From Pirellulales bacterium (GTDB taxonomy: Bacteria; Planctomycetota; Planctomycetia; Pirellulales; UBA1268): 64,000 bases of DNA. A program made the translations under genes and the position numbers. The notes under the pieces are model-generated. The model was not told where the DNA came from and did no database searches. It saw nothing but the letters and a program-made list of their open reading frames with translations. Within the stretch, counting starts at the first letter, position 1, and each line of letters opens with the position of its first letter. The stretch lies in contig JBBAVV010000007.1 in assembly GCA_040397545.1 (NCBI GenBank), positions 33,202-97,201 on the forward strand, in the 5' to 3' direction. This document shows positions 44,234 through 55,369 of the stretch, piece by piece.

Positions 44234-45550
44234 ATGCCCCGCCCCGTCGCGACGCTCCTGGTCGGCCTGCTCCTCGTCCCCGCGCTGACGGCATCGGCCG
44301 AAAACTGGCCCGATTGGCGCGGGCCGAATCATGACGGCACGGCGGCGGCCACCGGCCTGCCGACCGACTGGACGAAAGAGGGGAAGAACGTCCTGTGGCG
44401 GACCCCGCTCCCCGGCCGGGCCGGCGCCACCCCCTGCGTCTGGGGGGGCCGTATCTTCCTCACCAGCAACGACGGCGATGACCTCGTCGTGCTCGGGCTG
44501 GCGACGAAGGATGGGCGAATCCTCTGGAAGAAACAGGTGGGGAGCGGCAATCAGGACGCGCGGGCCGGCGAGGGCAACTCCGCCTCCCCCTCCCCGTCGA
44601 CCGACGGCAAGCATGTCTGGAGCTTCTTCGGCACCGGCGTCCTCGCCTGCCACACCATCGACGGCGACGAGGTGTGGAAGACCGACATCAACGAACGCTT
44701 CGGGCGGATCGACATCCAATTCGGGATGACCTCGACGCCGGTCCTCGACGGCGGTGCCCTCTATCTTCAGCTCATCCACGGCCCGATGAAGCTCGACGAC
44801 CAGACCCGCACGGGGAAGGTCGTCAAGCTCGACGCCGCGACGGGGAAGACGATCTGGGAGGTCGAACGCCCCACCGACGCCCAGTTCGAATGCAAGCACG
44901 CCTACGCCTCGCCGGCCGTTTACCGGGATGGCGCGCGGGAGTTCCTCGTTGTCCACGGCGCCGATTGCATCACCGGCCACGCCCTCGGCGACGGCCGGGA
45001 GCTGTGGCGGTTTTCGAAGCTCAACGGCCCCACCGGCACCAACCCCAAGCCGCACGATCCGACGTTCCGCTTCGTCGCCTCCCCGGGCATCGTCCCGGGG
45101 TTGATCGTCGTCCCGACGGCCAAGGGGGGCCCAACGGTGGGGCTGAAGGTCTCCGACGCGCTCGCGGGCGATTGCTCCGACAAGCCGGAGGTGATCGCCT
45201 GGGTCCACCCGCGCACCCCTGACGTGAGCACGCCGCTGATCGCCGATGGCCTTGTCTATCTCCTCCACAACGACGGTAAGCTCCAGTGCCTTGACGCCGC
45301 CACCGGCGCGGAGCTGTGGTTCGAGCGGACGCACACCGGCCAGCATCGGACCAGCCCACTCCTCGTCGACGGCCGGCTGTGGTTTGGATCGAACGACGGC
45401 TGGGTGTCGATCGTGGGAGCGGGACGGACGTTCGACCTCGTCAATTCGATCGAGGTGGGCGAGCCGGTGACCGCGTCGCTCCTGGTTGCTGACAGCGTCC
45501 TCTTCGTGCGTTCCTCCGACGCCCTCTACGCCATCGGTCGACAGCGCTGA
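44234..45550 (+). CDS. Secreted PQQ-like beta-propeller repeat protein (BamB-like fold)
   Basis: The signal peptide ...ALTASAENWPDWRGPNHDG is a typical start for this family. Repeated blades follow (…LWK…, …VWK…, …IWE…, …LWR…, …LWF…). Confidence 0.8.
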   Translation: MPRPVATLLVGLLLVPALTASAENWPDWRGPNHDGTAAATGLPTDWTKEGKNVLWRTPLPGRAGATPCVWGGRIFLTSNDGDDLVVLGLATKDGRILWKKQVGSGNQDARAGEGNSASPSPSTDGKHVWSFFGTGVLACHTIDGDEVWKTDINERFGRIDIQFGMTSTPVLDGGALYLQLIHGPMKLDDQTRTGKVVKLDAATGKTIWEVERPTDAQFECKHAYASPAVYRDGAREFLVVHGADCITGHALGDGRELWRFSKLNGPTGTNPKPHDPTFRFVASPGIVPGLIVVPTAKGGPTVGLKVSDALAGDCSDKPEVIAWVHPRTPDVSTPLIADGLVYLLHNDGKLQCLDAATGAELWFERTHTGQHRTSPLLVDGRLWFGSNDGWVSIVGAGRTFDLVNSIEVGEPVTASLLVADSVLFVRSSDALYAIGRQR

Positions 45551-45737
45551 TCGGCGCTGAGCAGGCCGGATAAACCCGTCCGCTTGCCTTTCCGGGTCAT
45601 GACGGAAAGAATGGAGCCTCATCCCTCCCACGGCGCCACCCAGGAACTCCCTCCCCGGATTCCTTCCTCGCTCGCCGCCAACCGCTCCCCGCTCCCAGCC
45701 AGACGCCCAATTCCCTGGTCTGCCTATCGGCGCTTCC

Positions 45738-46175
45738 ATGCACATGATCTGCGAACCCGTCGCGGCATCGACTGTCGACCAACCGGTCGATGTGGTAACG
45801 GTGCAGGAGATCCTCGACGACGAACCGGTCTGTCGTTCGATTTGGGATCTCGTCACTGATCAATTCCGCACCCGGGGCAAGTTCCTCGCCATCTGGCCCG
45901 GCGTGCGCTATGTCGTCCTCCACCGCGATCCGGACCGCGCGATCGATGGATTCCTCCTCGTCACCGCGATGGTGAACTGGCAGTTAGACTACGTCGTCGT
46001 CCGTCATGACGCCCGCGGCAAGGGGATCGCCTCGGCGCTGGTGCGAGGGGCGCTCAACGCGGCCTGCCACCGCCGCGTTCCGTACGTAATGCTCACCTGT
46101 GCCGATGAACTCGCGCCCCTCTATGAAGGCTGCGGCTTCAAACCGGTAGCCGTCCCGACCCGGCTGTCGAACTGA
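45738..46175 (+). CDS. GNAT-family N-acetyltransferase
   Basis: LDYVVVRHDARGKGIASALVRGALNAA ... LYEGCGFKP contains the acetyl-CoA-binding R/Q-x-x-G-x-G/A motif. Confidence 0.7.
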   Translation: MHMICEPVAASTVDQPVDVVTVQEILDDEPVCRSIWDLVTDQFRTRGKFLAIWPGVRYVVLHRDPDRAIDGFLLVTAMVNWQLDYVVVRHDARGKGIASALVRGALNAACHRRVPYVMLTCADELAPLYEGCGFKPVAVPTRLSN

Positions 46176-46392
46176 TCGAGCCTCCCCCGTCACTCCCCGC
46201 GGAAAAAGTCATCCCTGACCGAACCGGCTGCGAGGCAGCCGGGAGAACCGGTCCACTTGGAAAACCTCCGGTTTTCTCGCGTACTGCACACTCGTGACCG
46301 CCTCGTGCGGTCGAGCCAGCACTTCATCGACAGCCTGCTGACCTCCGATCCGTCCGCAGGATCCTCCCTTCGCGCCCCCAGAGACTCCTGAC

Positions 46393-48225
<1,833 letters not shown>

Positions 48226-48232
48226 CGCGCCC

Positions 48233-49141
48233 TCACGCCAGCCGCCCGACGATCGCCTCGGCCAGAGCCGCCGCCGCCGCCGGGTGACGGCGGAGCCACA
48301 ACTCCGGCTCGATCAGTTCCAGCTCCATCACGGCCCACGCCCCGTCGGCACGGCGCACGAGATCGACCCTCCCATAGGCCGGAGGGTTCTCGCAGGCCGC
48401 CATCGCAGCCTCGGCCAAGCTGATCTGTGTCGCGGTCGGCGTGCAGGGATGGACCGTCCCCCCGTGGTCGTCCTGGACGCGAAAATCCCCCGGCTTCGCC
48501 CGTTTCGTCAGGGCGTGCGTGAAGCGCCCGCCGACGATCACCAGCGTGTCCTCCCCATGGGTGACGATGTCGGGCTCGAACGGCTGGACGAGAAACGCCT
48601 CCCCGGCCAGGAGCGGGTTGATGATCCCTTCGAGGCACGCGGCCCCGGCGGCGTCGAAGCGGTGCGTGTGCCGGGCCCCACCGGAGACGGCCGGCTTCAC
48701 GACCCCTTCCCTCCAGCCCTCGGCGGCCAGGATCCCGGCCAGGCTGGCGGTGGTACCCCGCTCGAGGAACCGCGTCGGGACGACCGGCACGCCGCGGGCG
48801 GCGAGGTCGGCGAGATAGTGCTTGTCGAGATTCCAACGGACCGTCGCGGCGTCGTTGATCAGCCGCGCCATCGGCTCGACCCGGTCGAGCCAGGCGGTAA
48901 ATTCCTCCTGACGGTCGTAGTAGTCCCACGTGGTGCGGAAAACGACCGCGCGAAAGGCCCGCCAGTCGATCTGTTCGTCGGCCCAATCGAGGCGCACGCT
49001 CGCCAGCCCCCGGGCCGCGAGGTCTGCGATGAGGAGCCGATCGTCGGCGAGGATGTTGCCGAGATACCAGTCCCCCGCCGGGGCCACGGTGGCCGTGTAG
49101 CGGCGGTCGGTGAGGAGGGCGATCTCGGCGCGCGGTGCCAT
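48233..49141 (-). CDS. ATP-grasp domain protein (RimK / glutathione-synthetase-like)
   Basis: ...NLDKHYLADLAARGVPVVPT...GVVKPAVSGGARHTHRF...FLVQPFEPDI...GEDTLVIVGGRFTHAL...DFRVQDDHGG...GRVDLV.... I chose the start at the ATG at 49141 (MAPRAEIALLTD). The longer ORF-track start at 49285 would overlap the upstream DUF1559 gene. Confidence 0.7.
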   Translation of the reverse strand: MAPRAEIALLTDRRYTATVAPAGDWYLGNILADDRLLIADLAARGLASVRLDWADEQIDWRAFRAVVFRTTWDYYDRQEEFTAWLDRVEPMARLINDAATVRWNLDKHYLADLAARGVPVVPTRFLERGTTASLAGILAAEGWREGVVKPAVSGGARHTHRFDAAGAACLEGIINPLLAGEAFLVQPFEPDIVTHGEDTLVIVGGRFTHALTKRAKPGDFRVQDDHGGTVHPCTPTATQISLAEAAMAACENPPAYGRVDLVRRADGAWAVMELELIEPELWLRRHPAAAAALAEAIVGRLA

Positions 49142-49187
49142 CCGGGGCACTCCTGGCGGTCGGCCGGACCGCGCGTGTGGTACGGGA

Positions 49188-50186
49188 TCACCAATCGGCC
49201 ACGGCCTGACCGTCGGCCGGGTGGCAGACGCTCGCCCAGGTGGCGGGGTTGATGTCCCCCTGCACCGCTCGCACGCTGGCGTCACCGAGGGTCACGTTCA
49301 TTCCGCCGTAATGCGGGGTCTGGGCCCGCGACGAATCACACGCTTTGATCCAGTGCGGCGCCGCCTGGAAGACGGCGCAGGCGGTGTAGCCGGCGGTCGA
49401 TGGCGACTGCATCGTCTCATTGATGCAGAAGACGGGGCGCCAGCGGTTGTTGGAATCGCTCCACAGATTGCCGTTGGTGCTCGAATCGTCGGCATTGCCG
49501 CTCGAGCCGCAAGTGCCGTACCTCTCCGCCAGGAGGACGGTGCTCGTCGTCCCGTCGGGCATCGACTGCGAGATCCGCGAGCTCCCCTGGATGCGGGCCT
49601 CGGGGGTCGCGGCGGTGGGGTTGCCGAAGACGTTGTAGTTGACGGCATAGTTGCCGACGGCCCAATCCTTCGCCCCGCCGCTGGTGGTGGCCCCCAACCC
49701 GCCGGTGCTCGACATCTCCGTCGGGCAGAGGAAAGTCGGGATCGAGACGGCGTAGATCGTGCCCGCCCCGGGGGCTCCGGGGACCGGCGTGTAGACGGTC
49801 CGGTTGGCGAGATCGAAGAGGTTCCCTTGTTCGACGTAGGGGAGCAGCCAGGTGAAGGCGGTGAATCCGGTGGCCCCGCGATAGCCGTTGCCGGCCAGCG
49901 TGGCCAGATCCCGGCTCGACGGGGAGGCGACCGGCGGCAGGCCGCGCTTGGCGTCATTGATCGTATGGCAAGCGATGCCGAGTTGCTTGAGCTGGTTCTT
50001 GCACGACATGCTCCGGGCAGCCTCGCGGGCGGCCTGAACCGCAGGGAGGAGGAGGCCGACGAGGGTGCCGATGATCGCGATCACGACGAGCAATTCGACG
50101 AGCGTGAACGCGCCAGGGAGGCCCAGGGAGGTCCCTCGTAACGACGCGAAACGGCGGGAGCGGGGGGTGGAGGAAGTGAGGCCCAT
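49188..50186 (-). CDS. DUF1559 protein with a prepilin-type N-terminal cleavage/methylation domain
   Basis: [48 protein letters not shown] is the canonical planctomycetal DUF1559 N-terminus. The C-terminal HxxGxNVxxxDGSV-like segment reads [17 protein letters not shown]. Confidence 0.9.
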   Translation of the reverse strand: MGLTSSTPRSRRFASLRGTSLGLPGAFTLVELLVVIAIIGTLVGLLLPAVQAAREAARSMSCKNQLKQLGIACHTINDAKRGLPPVASPSSRDLATLAGNGYRGATGFTAFTWLLPYVEQGNLFDLANRTVYTPVPGAPGAGTIYAVSIPTFLCPTEMSSTGGLGATTSGGAKDWAVGNYAVNYNVFGNPTAATPEARIQGSSRISQSMPDGTTSTVLLAERYGTCGSSGNADDSSTNGNLWSDSNNRWRPVFCINETMQSPSTAGYTACAVFQAAPHWIKACDSSRAQTPHYGGMNVTLGDASVRAVQGDINPATWASVCHPADGQAVADW

Positions 50187-50507
50187 GGTTCGGTGGCTCC
50201 GGGGGGGAGCAGCGGGCCATCAATGGCTGACGGGCCGCCTGACCCGACCGCTGCACCGGAACGCCGACGGCGGCACGGAGCCCCATCAAGGGTCCGGGCC
50301 GCCGTCAGAGGAGCGCTCCAGGTAGGGGCAGCCTATCCGGCCAGCAGGGTCGCCGCCATCCGGCCGGCGCTCAGCAGATTTCATGCCGTGAGTCGGTGCA
50401 AGGACCTTTGGAAAACCCACAAACCAATGCGGAGTCAAGACTTGCGCCGAGGTCCGAAGCCCGTTTCTGGGCCGCCGAGCCGGGCTGAAAAATTGCCTCG
50501 GCCGCGG

Positions 50508-50771
50508 TCAGCGAGGCGACGGCTCCAGCCAAAATCGGGCCGTTCGCGGCGCGGGAACCCCGTAGCGAACTTCGATCGGCAGCCTCCCCTCCCCAGCACC
50601 GGAGGAGATCCCGTCGCCCGGGACCGGCTTCAGGGCGGTCACGGCCACCGGTTCGTCGACCTCCGCCGACTGCCGCACCGCCACCCATCCCAGCACTCCG
50701 CCAAGCACCGCGAGGGGGATGATCGCCCAGCGTGGCCGAGGCCCCCAGAAACCGACCGGATATTGAGACAT
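50508..50771 (-). CDS. Possible small membrane-anchored protein (87 aa)
   Basis: The internal ATG at 50771 gives MSQYPVGFWGPRPRWAIIPLAVLGGVLGWVAV..., with one transmembrane segment. No homology recognised, so the support is weak. Confidence 0.3.
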   Translation of the reverse strand: MSQYPVGFWGPRPRWAIIPLAVLGGVLGWVAVRQSAEVDEPVAVTALKPVPGDGISSGAGEGRLPIEVRYGVPAPRTARFWLEPSPR

Positions 50772-50929
50772 GATACGCCCTGCCCAGGATCGTACGCCCG
50801 CGCCCGACCGGGGAAACCTAGGCCACGGAATGCCACTCGGCAAACGTCCTCCATGACTTGGGGGGAGATCCGGCGCTGGTTCCTCCGGCCCTCCCTGTCT
50901 GGCCGCAGAACCAGAAAAACCTCCCCGGG

Positions 50930-50958
50930 GCGAATGATCCAAAAAAACGGTTTATACT
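50930..50958 (+). promoter_or_regulatory. Candidate promoter GCGAAT-N17-TATACT upstream of the first STAS gene
   Basis: The hexamers lie at 50930..50935 and 50953..50958, 34 nt before the ATG at 50993. The same architecture recurs at 51349..51377. Confidence 0.3.
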
Positions 50959-50992
50959 CTCGACGTCATCCCCCCGCATCAACGGCCTTCCC

Positions 50993-51340
50993 ATGTTCCG
51001 CCACATCGAATCAACCCGCCACGGCACCGTGGATGTCGTGAGGATTCTCGAACGTCGGCTCGTCGACGAGGCCCCGCTTGACGACCTCCGGGAGGAAATC
51101 GGCCAGGTGGTGGGAGCTCACCGGGGGACCCATCTCCTCCTCGACCTCGGCGACGTCGAGTTCCTCTCCAGCGCCATGCTCGACACCCTCTGCCAGTTCT
51201 ACCGGCGGATCCACGCCGCCGGCGGTCAAGTCCGGCTCTGCGGGATGAAGCCCTCGATCGCCGAGGTCTTCCGGACCACCAACCTCGACCGGCTGTTCCC
51301 CATCCACGCCGACGTCGAAGAGGCCCTGACAAACTTCTGA
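50993..51340 (+). CDS. STAS-domain anti-sigma-factor antagonist (SpoIIAA/RsbV family)
   Basis: MFRHIESTRHGTVDVVRILERRLVDE...LLLDLGDVEFLSSAMLDTL...GGQVRLCGMKPSIAEVFRTTNLDRLFPIH. Start taken at the internal ATG at 50993. Confidence 0.8.
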   Translation: MFRHIESTRHGTVDVVRILERRLVDEAPLDDLREEIGQVVGAHRGTHLLLDLGDVEFLSSAMLDTLCQFYRRIHAAGGQVRLCGMKPSIAEVFRTTNLDRLFPIHADVEEALTNF

Positions 51341-51348
51341 CCGCCGCC

Positions 51349-51377
51349 GCGAATCGGCGCCCCGGCCGGGATATAAT
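51349..51377 (+). promoter_or_regulatory. Candidate promoter GCGAAT-N17-TATAAT upstream of the second STAS gene
   Basis: The hexamers lie at 51349..51354 and 51372..51377, 62 nt before the ATG at 51440. Confidence 0.3.
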
Positions 51378-51439
51378 GTCGGCTCCCATCCCATTCCCGT
51401 TTCTTTCCCTTCTTCTCTTCCATCCGAGGTCCATCGTCC

Positions 51440-51796
51440 ATGAGCGACGCCTTTCGCAGAATCGACGTTTCCAAGCAGGAAAAAGCCGAGATCGCCAAGT
51501 TCAAGGACAAGAAGATCCTCGACGAGACCGCCCTCGATGAACTGCGGGTGGAATTGCTGCGGTTGATCAACGACCGGCAGGGGCTGAACCTTCTCCTTGA
51601 CTTCTCCAACGTCGAGTTCATGTCGAGCGCCGTCCTCGGTCTCCTCGGACAGATCCACCGCAAGATGGGGACTCTCAAGGGGAAGCTGAAGATGTGCAGT
51701 ATCCATCCGCAGATCTATGAGGTCTTCAAGCTCACCAACCTCAACAAACTGTTCTCGATCCACAAAGATCAAGCCGAGGCGATGGGGAAGTTCTGA
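51440..51796 (+). CDS. STAS-domain anti-sigma-factor antagonist, second paralogue
   Basis: ...AEIAKFKDKKILDETALDELRVELLRLINDRQGLNLLLDFSNVEFMSSAVLGLL...GKLKMCSIHPQIYEVFKLTNLNKLFSIH. Visibly more A/T-rich than its neighbours. Confidence 0.85.
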   Translation: MSDAFRRIDVSKQEKAEIAKFKDKKILDETALDELRVELLRLINDRQGLNLLLDFSNVEFMSSAVLGLLGQIHRKMGTLKGKLKMCSIHPQIYEVFKLTNLNKLFSIHKDQAEAMGKF

Positions 51797-51899
51797 TCCC
51801 CCGGCCAAGCCGTCCTCCAGGCCGTCAGCCAATCAGCAGGGATTCCCCTCCACCGGCCCCACGACACATCCTCGGGGTCGCTTCTCCTCCCGTGGTGCC

Positions 51900-53336
51900 A
51901 TGAGCGAAACCCCGTCCCCGGGCAGGGCCCCGACTCCCTCCAGCCCGCGCCACCGTGTCGATGTCCTCATGGCCGAGGACAGCCGGATCCAGGCGAAGAT
52001 GCTGGAGAAGCGCCTCGTCGATGCGGGCCACACGGTCCGGTGGGCGATCAACGGCGTCAAAGCGGTCGAGCTCCTCAAGGAAAAGCGCCCCGATCTGATC
52101 ATCTCCGACATCGAGATGCCGGAGATGAACGGCTACGAGTTCTGCAAGATCGCCAAGACCGATCCGTCGTGGCAGACGATTCCGCTGATCCTCCTCTCGT
52201 CGCTCTCCGACCCGGTCGACATCATCCGCGGCCTCGAGGCCGGAGCCGACAACTACGTCACCAAGCCCTACGATCCCAACTACCTCCTCGGGCGCATGGA
52301 TTCGCTCCTCGATACGCCTCTGGAGGCGGAATCGCCGATCCCCGGCAGCGAGATGGAGGTCACGATCGCCGGGCAGAAGTTCAAGGTTCAGGCGGGCCGG
52401 CAGCAGGTGCTCAACCTCCTCGTCTCGATCTTCGAGAACGCGGTGACGAAGAACAAGGAGCTGATCGTCACCAACCAATCGCTCTCCGTGGCGAAGGATT
52501 CGCTCCAGAAAGCGAATTCCGAACTGACGGCCGTCAACGAACAGATCGAACGCAGCAACAAGCGGATGACGCGCGACCTCCACGCCGCCGCGAAGGTGCA
52601 GCAATCGCTGCTGCCGGCCAAGGCGATCGATGTCCCCTCTGCGACGGTCGCCTGGAAGTATGTTCCCTGCAACGAGCTCGCCGGCGACTTCCTCAACGTC
52701 TTCCCGCTCGACGACGAGCATCTGGGGATGTTCGTCGTCGACGTCAGCGGCCACGGCGTGCCGTCGTCGCTCCTGGCGGTGACTGTCGGTGCCTTCCTCA
52801 CCAACCGCGTCTCCGACTCCTCCCTCCTCGTGCGCCCGGGGAAGGACGGCGGGCCGTCGGTGGTGGTGCCGCCGGCCGAGGTCGTGACCCAGCTCAACAA
52901 CCTCTTCCAGGCCGACAACCAGGTCGGCCTCTACTTCACGATCCTCTACGGCGTGCTCCACGTCCCCACCGGGATGCTCCGCTTCACGTCGGGGGGGCAT
53001 CCGCCGCTGCTCCATGTCCCCAAGGAGGGCCCCTTGAAGCTCTTGGAGGTGGAGAGCTTCCCGGTCGGCTTCGTGCCCGACGTCGAGTTCACCGAGGAGG
53101 CGATTCAACTGCAGCCCGGCGATCGCGTCTACTTCTACTCTGACGGCGTGCCGGAGGCGATGGACGAGAAGCTCGACCAGATGGGGAACGAGCGGATGAC
53201 GGCGCTGGTCGAGTCGCTCCGTGGCCAGCCGCTGGAGACGAACGTCACGAAGCTCTTCGAATCGGTCCAGGCCTGGTGCCAGCCGAAGGGCCCGCTCGAC
53301 GACGTCTCGATCCTCGGCGTCGAGTGGAAGGGCTAG
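51900..53336 (+). CDS. Response regulator receiver fused to a PP2C/SpoIIE phosphatase (RsbU-like)
   Basis: REC domain: VLMAEDSRIQAKMLEKRL...DLIISDIEMPEMNGYEF...ADNYVTKPYD. A coiled-coil linker follows. PP2C domain: AAKVQQSLLP...ELAGDFLNVFPLDDEHLGMFVVDVSGHGVPSSLL...LRFTSGGHPPLL...GDRVYFYSDGVPEA...DDVSILGVEW. Start at the ATG at 51900. Confidence 0.85.
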   Translation: MSETPSPGRAPTPSSPRHRVDVLMAEDSRIQAKMLEKRLVDAGHTVRWAINGVKAVELLKEKRPDLIISDIEMPEMNGYEFCKIAKTDPSWQTIPLILLSSLSDPVDIIRGLEAGADNYVTKPYDPNYLLGRMDSLLDTPLEAESPIPGSEMEVTIAGQKFKVQAGRQQVLNLLVSIFENAVTKNKELIVTNQSLSVAKDSLQKANSELTAVNEQIERSNKRMTRDLHAAAKVQQSLLPAKAIDVPSATVAWKYVPCNELAGDFLNVFPLDDEHLGMFVVDVSGHGVPSSLLAVTVGAFLTNRVSDSSLLVRPGKDGGPSVVVPPAEVVTQLNNLFQADNQVGLYFTILYGVLHVPTGMLRFTSGGHPPLLHVPKEGPLKLLEVESFPVGFVPDVEFTEEAIQLQPGDRVYFYSDGVPEAMDEKLDQMGNERMTALVESLRGQPLETNVTKLFESVQAWCQPKGPLDDVSILGVEWKG

Positions 53337-53360
53337 CCCAGGCGGAGTCGGCCCGGGCAC

Positions 53361-55178
53361 TCATCGCCAGTCGATCACCTGGAAGATCCCCCGCCGGCTG
53401 GCGATCCGACCGGGGATTTCGAGGATCCGATCCCGCCACACCGACAGGGCGATCCCGATCAGGAAGATCATCAGGCCACCTACGCCGAGATAGATCCCCA
53501 CGGCGAGCTCCGGACGGTAGACGAGATTCGCAAACAGCGTCAGCAGATAGATCGCCATCCCGCCGACGCCCAAGACCGTGGCGGAGCGGATCCTGGCGAC
53601 GCACCCGACCACGATCAGCGGCAGGAGGGCGGTGACGAGGAGCATCTCGTCGAACAGCACCGGCCGACCACCCGTCCAGCGGTTGCCGAGGACGTTCCAG
53701 AGGGCCGGCCCGGCCGCCACCACGCTTCCTACGACAAGGAGAAAGCCGACTCCCTCGTCACGCTCCCCGGCCCGTTCCCTGACCCGCGCACGGCAGCCGG
53801 CGGCCAGCAGGATCAATCCCGCCGCCGTGGCACCGAGCTTGATAGCCTGGGCCGGTTCCAGATGAAGGAGCCGCACCCAGCCGGCGCCCGTCATCCCCAC
53901 GATCGCGCCAGCGCCGAGGAGGAGGAAACGCCGCTGAGAGGCGTTGGCCGCGACGAACGCGGCCAGTGCGGTCAGGCCAGCGGTCGCCATCGGGAACAGG
54001 CCGACTCCGGCCAGCCCGGTCTCGTCGCCGACCAATCGGAAGACCCCCTGCATGATCGTCGCCATCGCCGCAACGGCCACCATCAGGAGCCCGGCAGTAC
54101 GCCAGGCGCGCCCGACGGTGCGGACGGCAGGGCTGCCGGCGGCGCCGTCACAGGCCCGTCCCGTCGCCATCACCACCAAGCCGGCAGCGGCTGCCAGAGG
54201 GATGAGGAGATCGACCGTGACGAGATCCTCGAGGATCGTGCCGCCGGCGAGGAGGACCGCGGTCGCCGCCAGGCCGGAGAACGCCCCGCGCATCGCCGCG
54301 GGTCGACCGCTTCCCTCGAGGCTCGAGACGATCCAGAGATAGGCCGCGGCCAACCACAGCCCGGCGGCCACCAGCGGCGACGTCGCCACCCGGCTCCCCC
54401 CCAGGGCCCAGCCGGCGACCGTCCAATCGAGCTCGATCCAGGCCACCAATTGCAGCCCGAGGAGCCCGATGGCCGCGGCGAGGAGTTGCACTTGTCCTGC
54501 CAGGAAGAGGGGACGACCGAAGCGACGACGGTCGTAGACCGGGTCATCGATGGCAAAGGCTCGTTCGGCGTGGATCGAGACTGTCGCCAAGCCGAACAGC
54601 GCAAGGCACACCCACGCACTGTCCGTGCCCAACCCCAAGTCGCCCAGAAGGAGTAGGGCGGTGAGCGTCACCCCCACTTCCACAGCCCAGAAAAAGGCCG
54701 GATCACGAAGCACGACCATGGTCGCAGCATAGGCGAGGCAGCAGAGGAGACCGCCGACCCAAAGGTGCCCGTCGACGGTCACGATTCCCTGCCAGTTGAG
54801 ATACCAGAGATTGAGCGGGGCGGCCACGCAAGCGAGGAACGTGATCGCTTGCCCGGCGAGACGGTGACGCGAGCGCAGCGAGACTCCCCAGCCGGTACCG
54901 AACAGGAAGAGCGTCGCGCAGACCAGCGCCAGAGCGACGACGCGCGGGTCCTCGAATACCCCGAGGCTGATGAGCGTGGCGATCAGGCCGAGGATCGACA
55001 GGCATCCACCGGCGACGAGCAACCGTTCGATGGAACGCGGATCGAGGAGCACACGCAGCCAGGCGCCGATGGCCGGCTCGGCCGCCGCATCCCGAGGCTC
55101 GCCCTCGATTTTCCCGGCCTCGTTTGTTGAGGCCTGCCCCAGGGACTGATCTCGGGCCTCGTGGTCTTCGGTCGACAT
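53361..55178 (-). CDS. Large polytopic membrane protein of unknown function (about 605 aa, many TM segments), last gene of the che operon
   Basis: The ATG at 55178 has AGGAGG 8 nt upstream. The acidic N-terminus (MSTEDHEARDQSLGQ...) is followed by a long run of hydrophobic segments. The ORF-track head (55670) would overlap cheR, and the alternative ATG at 55328 has no Shine-Dalgarno site. Confidence 0.6.
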   Translation of the reverse strand: MSTEDHEARDQSLGQASTNEAGKIEGEPRDAAAEPAIGAWLRVLLDPRSIERLLVAGGCLSILGLIATLISLGVFEDPRVVALALVCATLFLFGTGWGVSLRSRHRLAGQAITFLACVAAPLNLWYLNWQGIVTVDGHLWVGGLLCCLAYAATMVVLRDPAFFWAVEVGVTLTALLLLGDLGLGTDSAWVCLALFGLATVSIHAERAFAIDDPVYDRRRFGRPLFLAGQVQLLAAAIGLLGLQLVAWIELDWTVAGWALGGSRVATSPLVAAGLWLAAAYLWIVSSLEGSGRPAAMRGAFSGLAATAVLLAGGTILEDLVTVDLLIPLAAAAGLVVMATGRACDGAAGSPAVRTVGRAWRTAGLLMVAVAAMATIMQGVFRLVGDETGLAGVGLFPMATAGLTALAAFVAANASQRRFLLLGAGAIVGMTGAGWVRLLHLEPAQAIKLGATAAGLILLAAGCRARVRERAGERDEGVGFLLVVGSVVAAGPALWNVLGNRWTGGRPVLFDEMLLVTALLPLIVVGCVARIRSATVLGVGGMAIYLLTLFANLVYRPELAVGIYLGVGGLMIFLIGIALSVWRDRILEIPGRIASRRGIFQVIDWR

Positions 55179-55369
55179 CGGATTGGCCTCCTGGGCCCGC
55201 GGGGAAATTGGATCCAGAGGAAGAGGCGACAACGGCAGGAGGGCGTCACGCGGAAAAACGGACGTGATGGTCCAACCGCTTCGGGCCCGCGTTGCTCCGG
55301 TGGAGATCGTTCCCCCCCCCGTGCTCATCGCCGCGGAAAGGGCTTTCCGCAGCCGAGCCCGGCCGGCCC

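Noticed and set aside
46176-46392. Possible glmS ribozyme in the 217-nt leader of glmS
   Set aside because: I could not find the conserved glmS ribozyme core strings that I remember. This riboswitch is also essentially restricted to Firmicutes and Deinococcus-type lineages. It would need cmscan (RF00234) to exclude formally.
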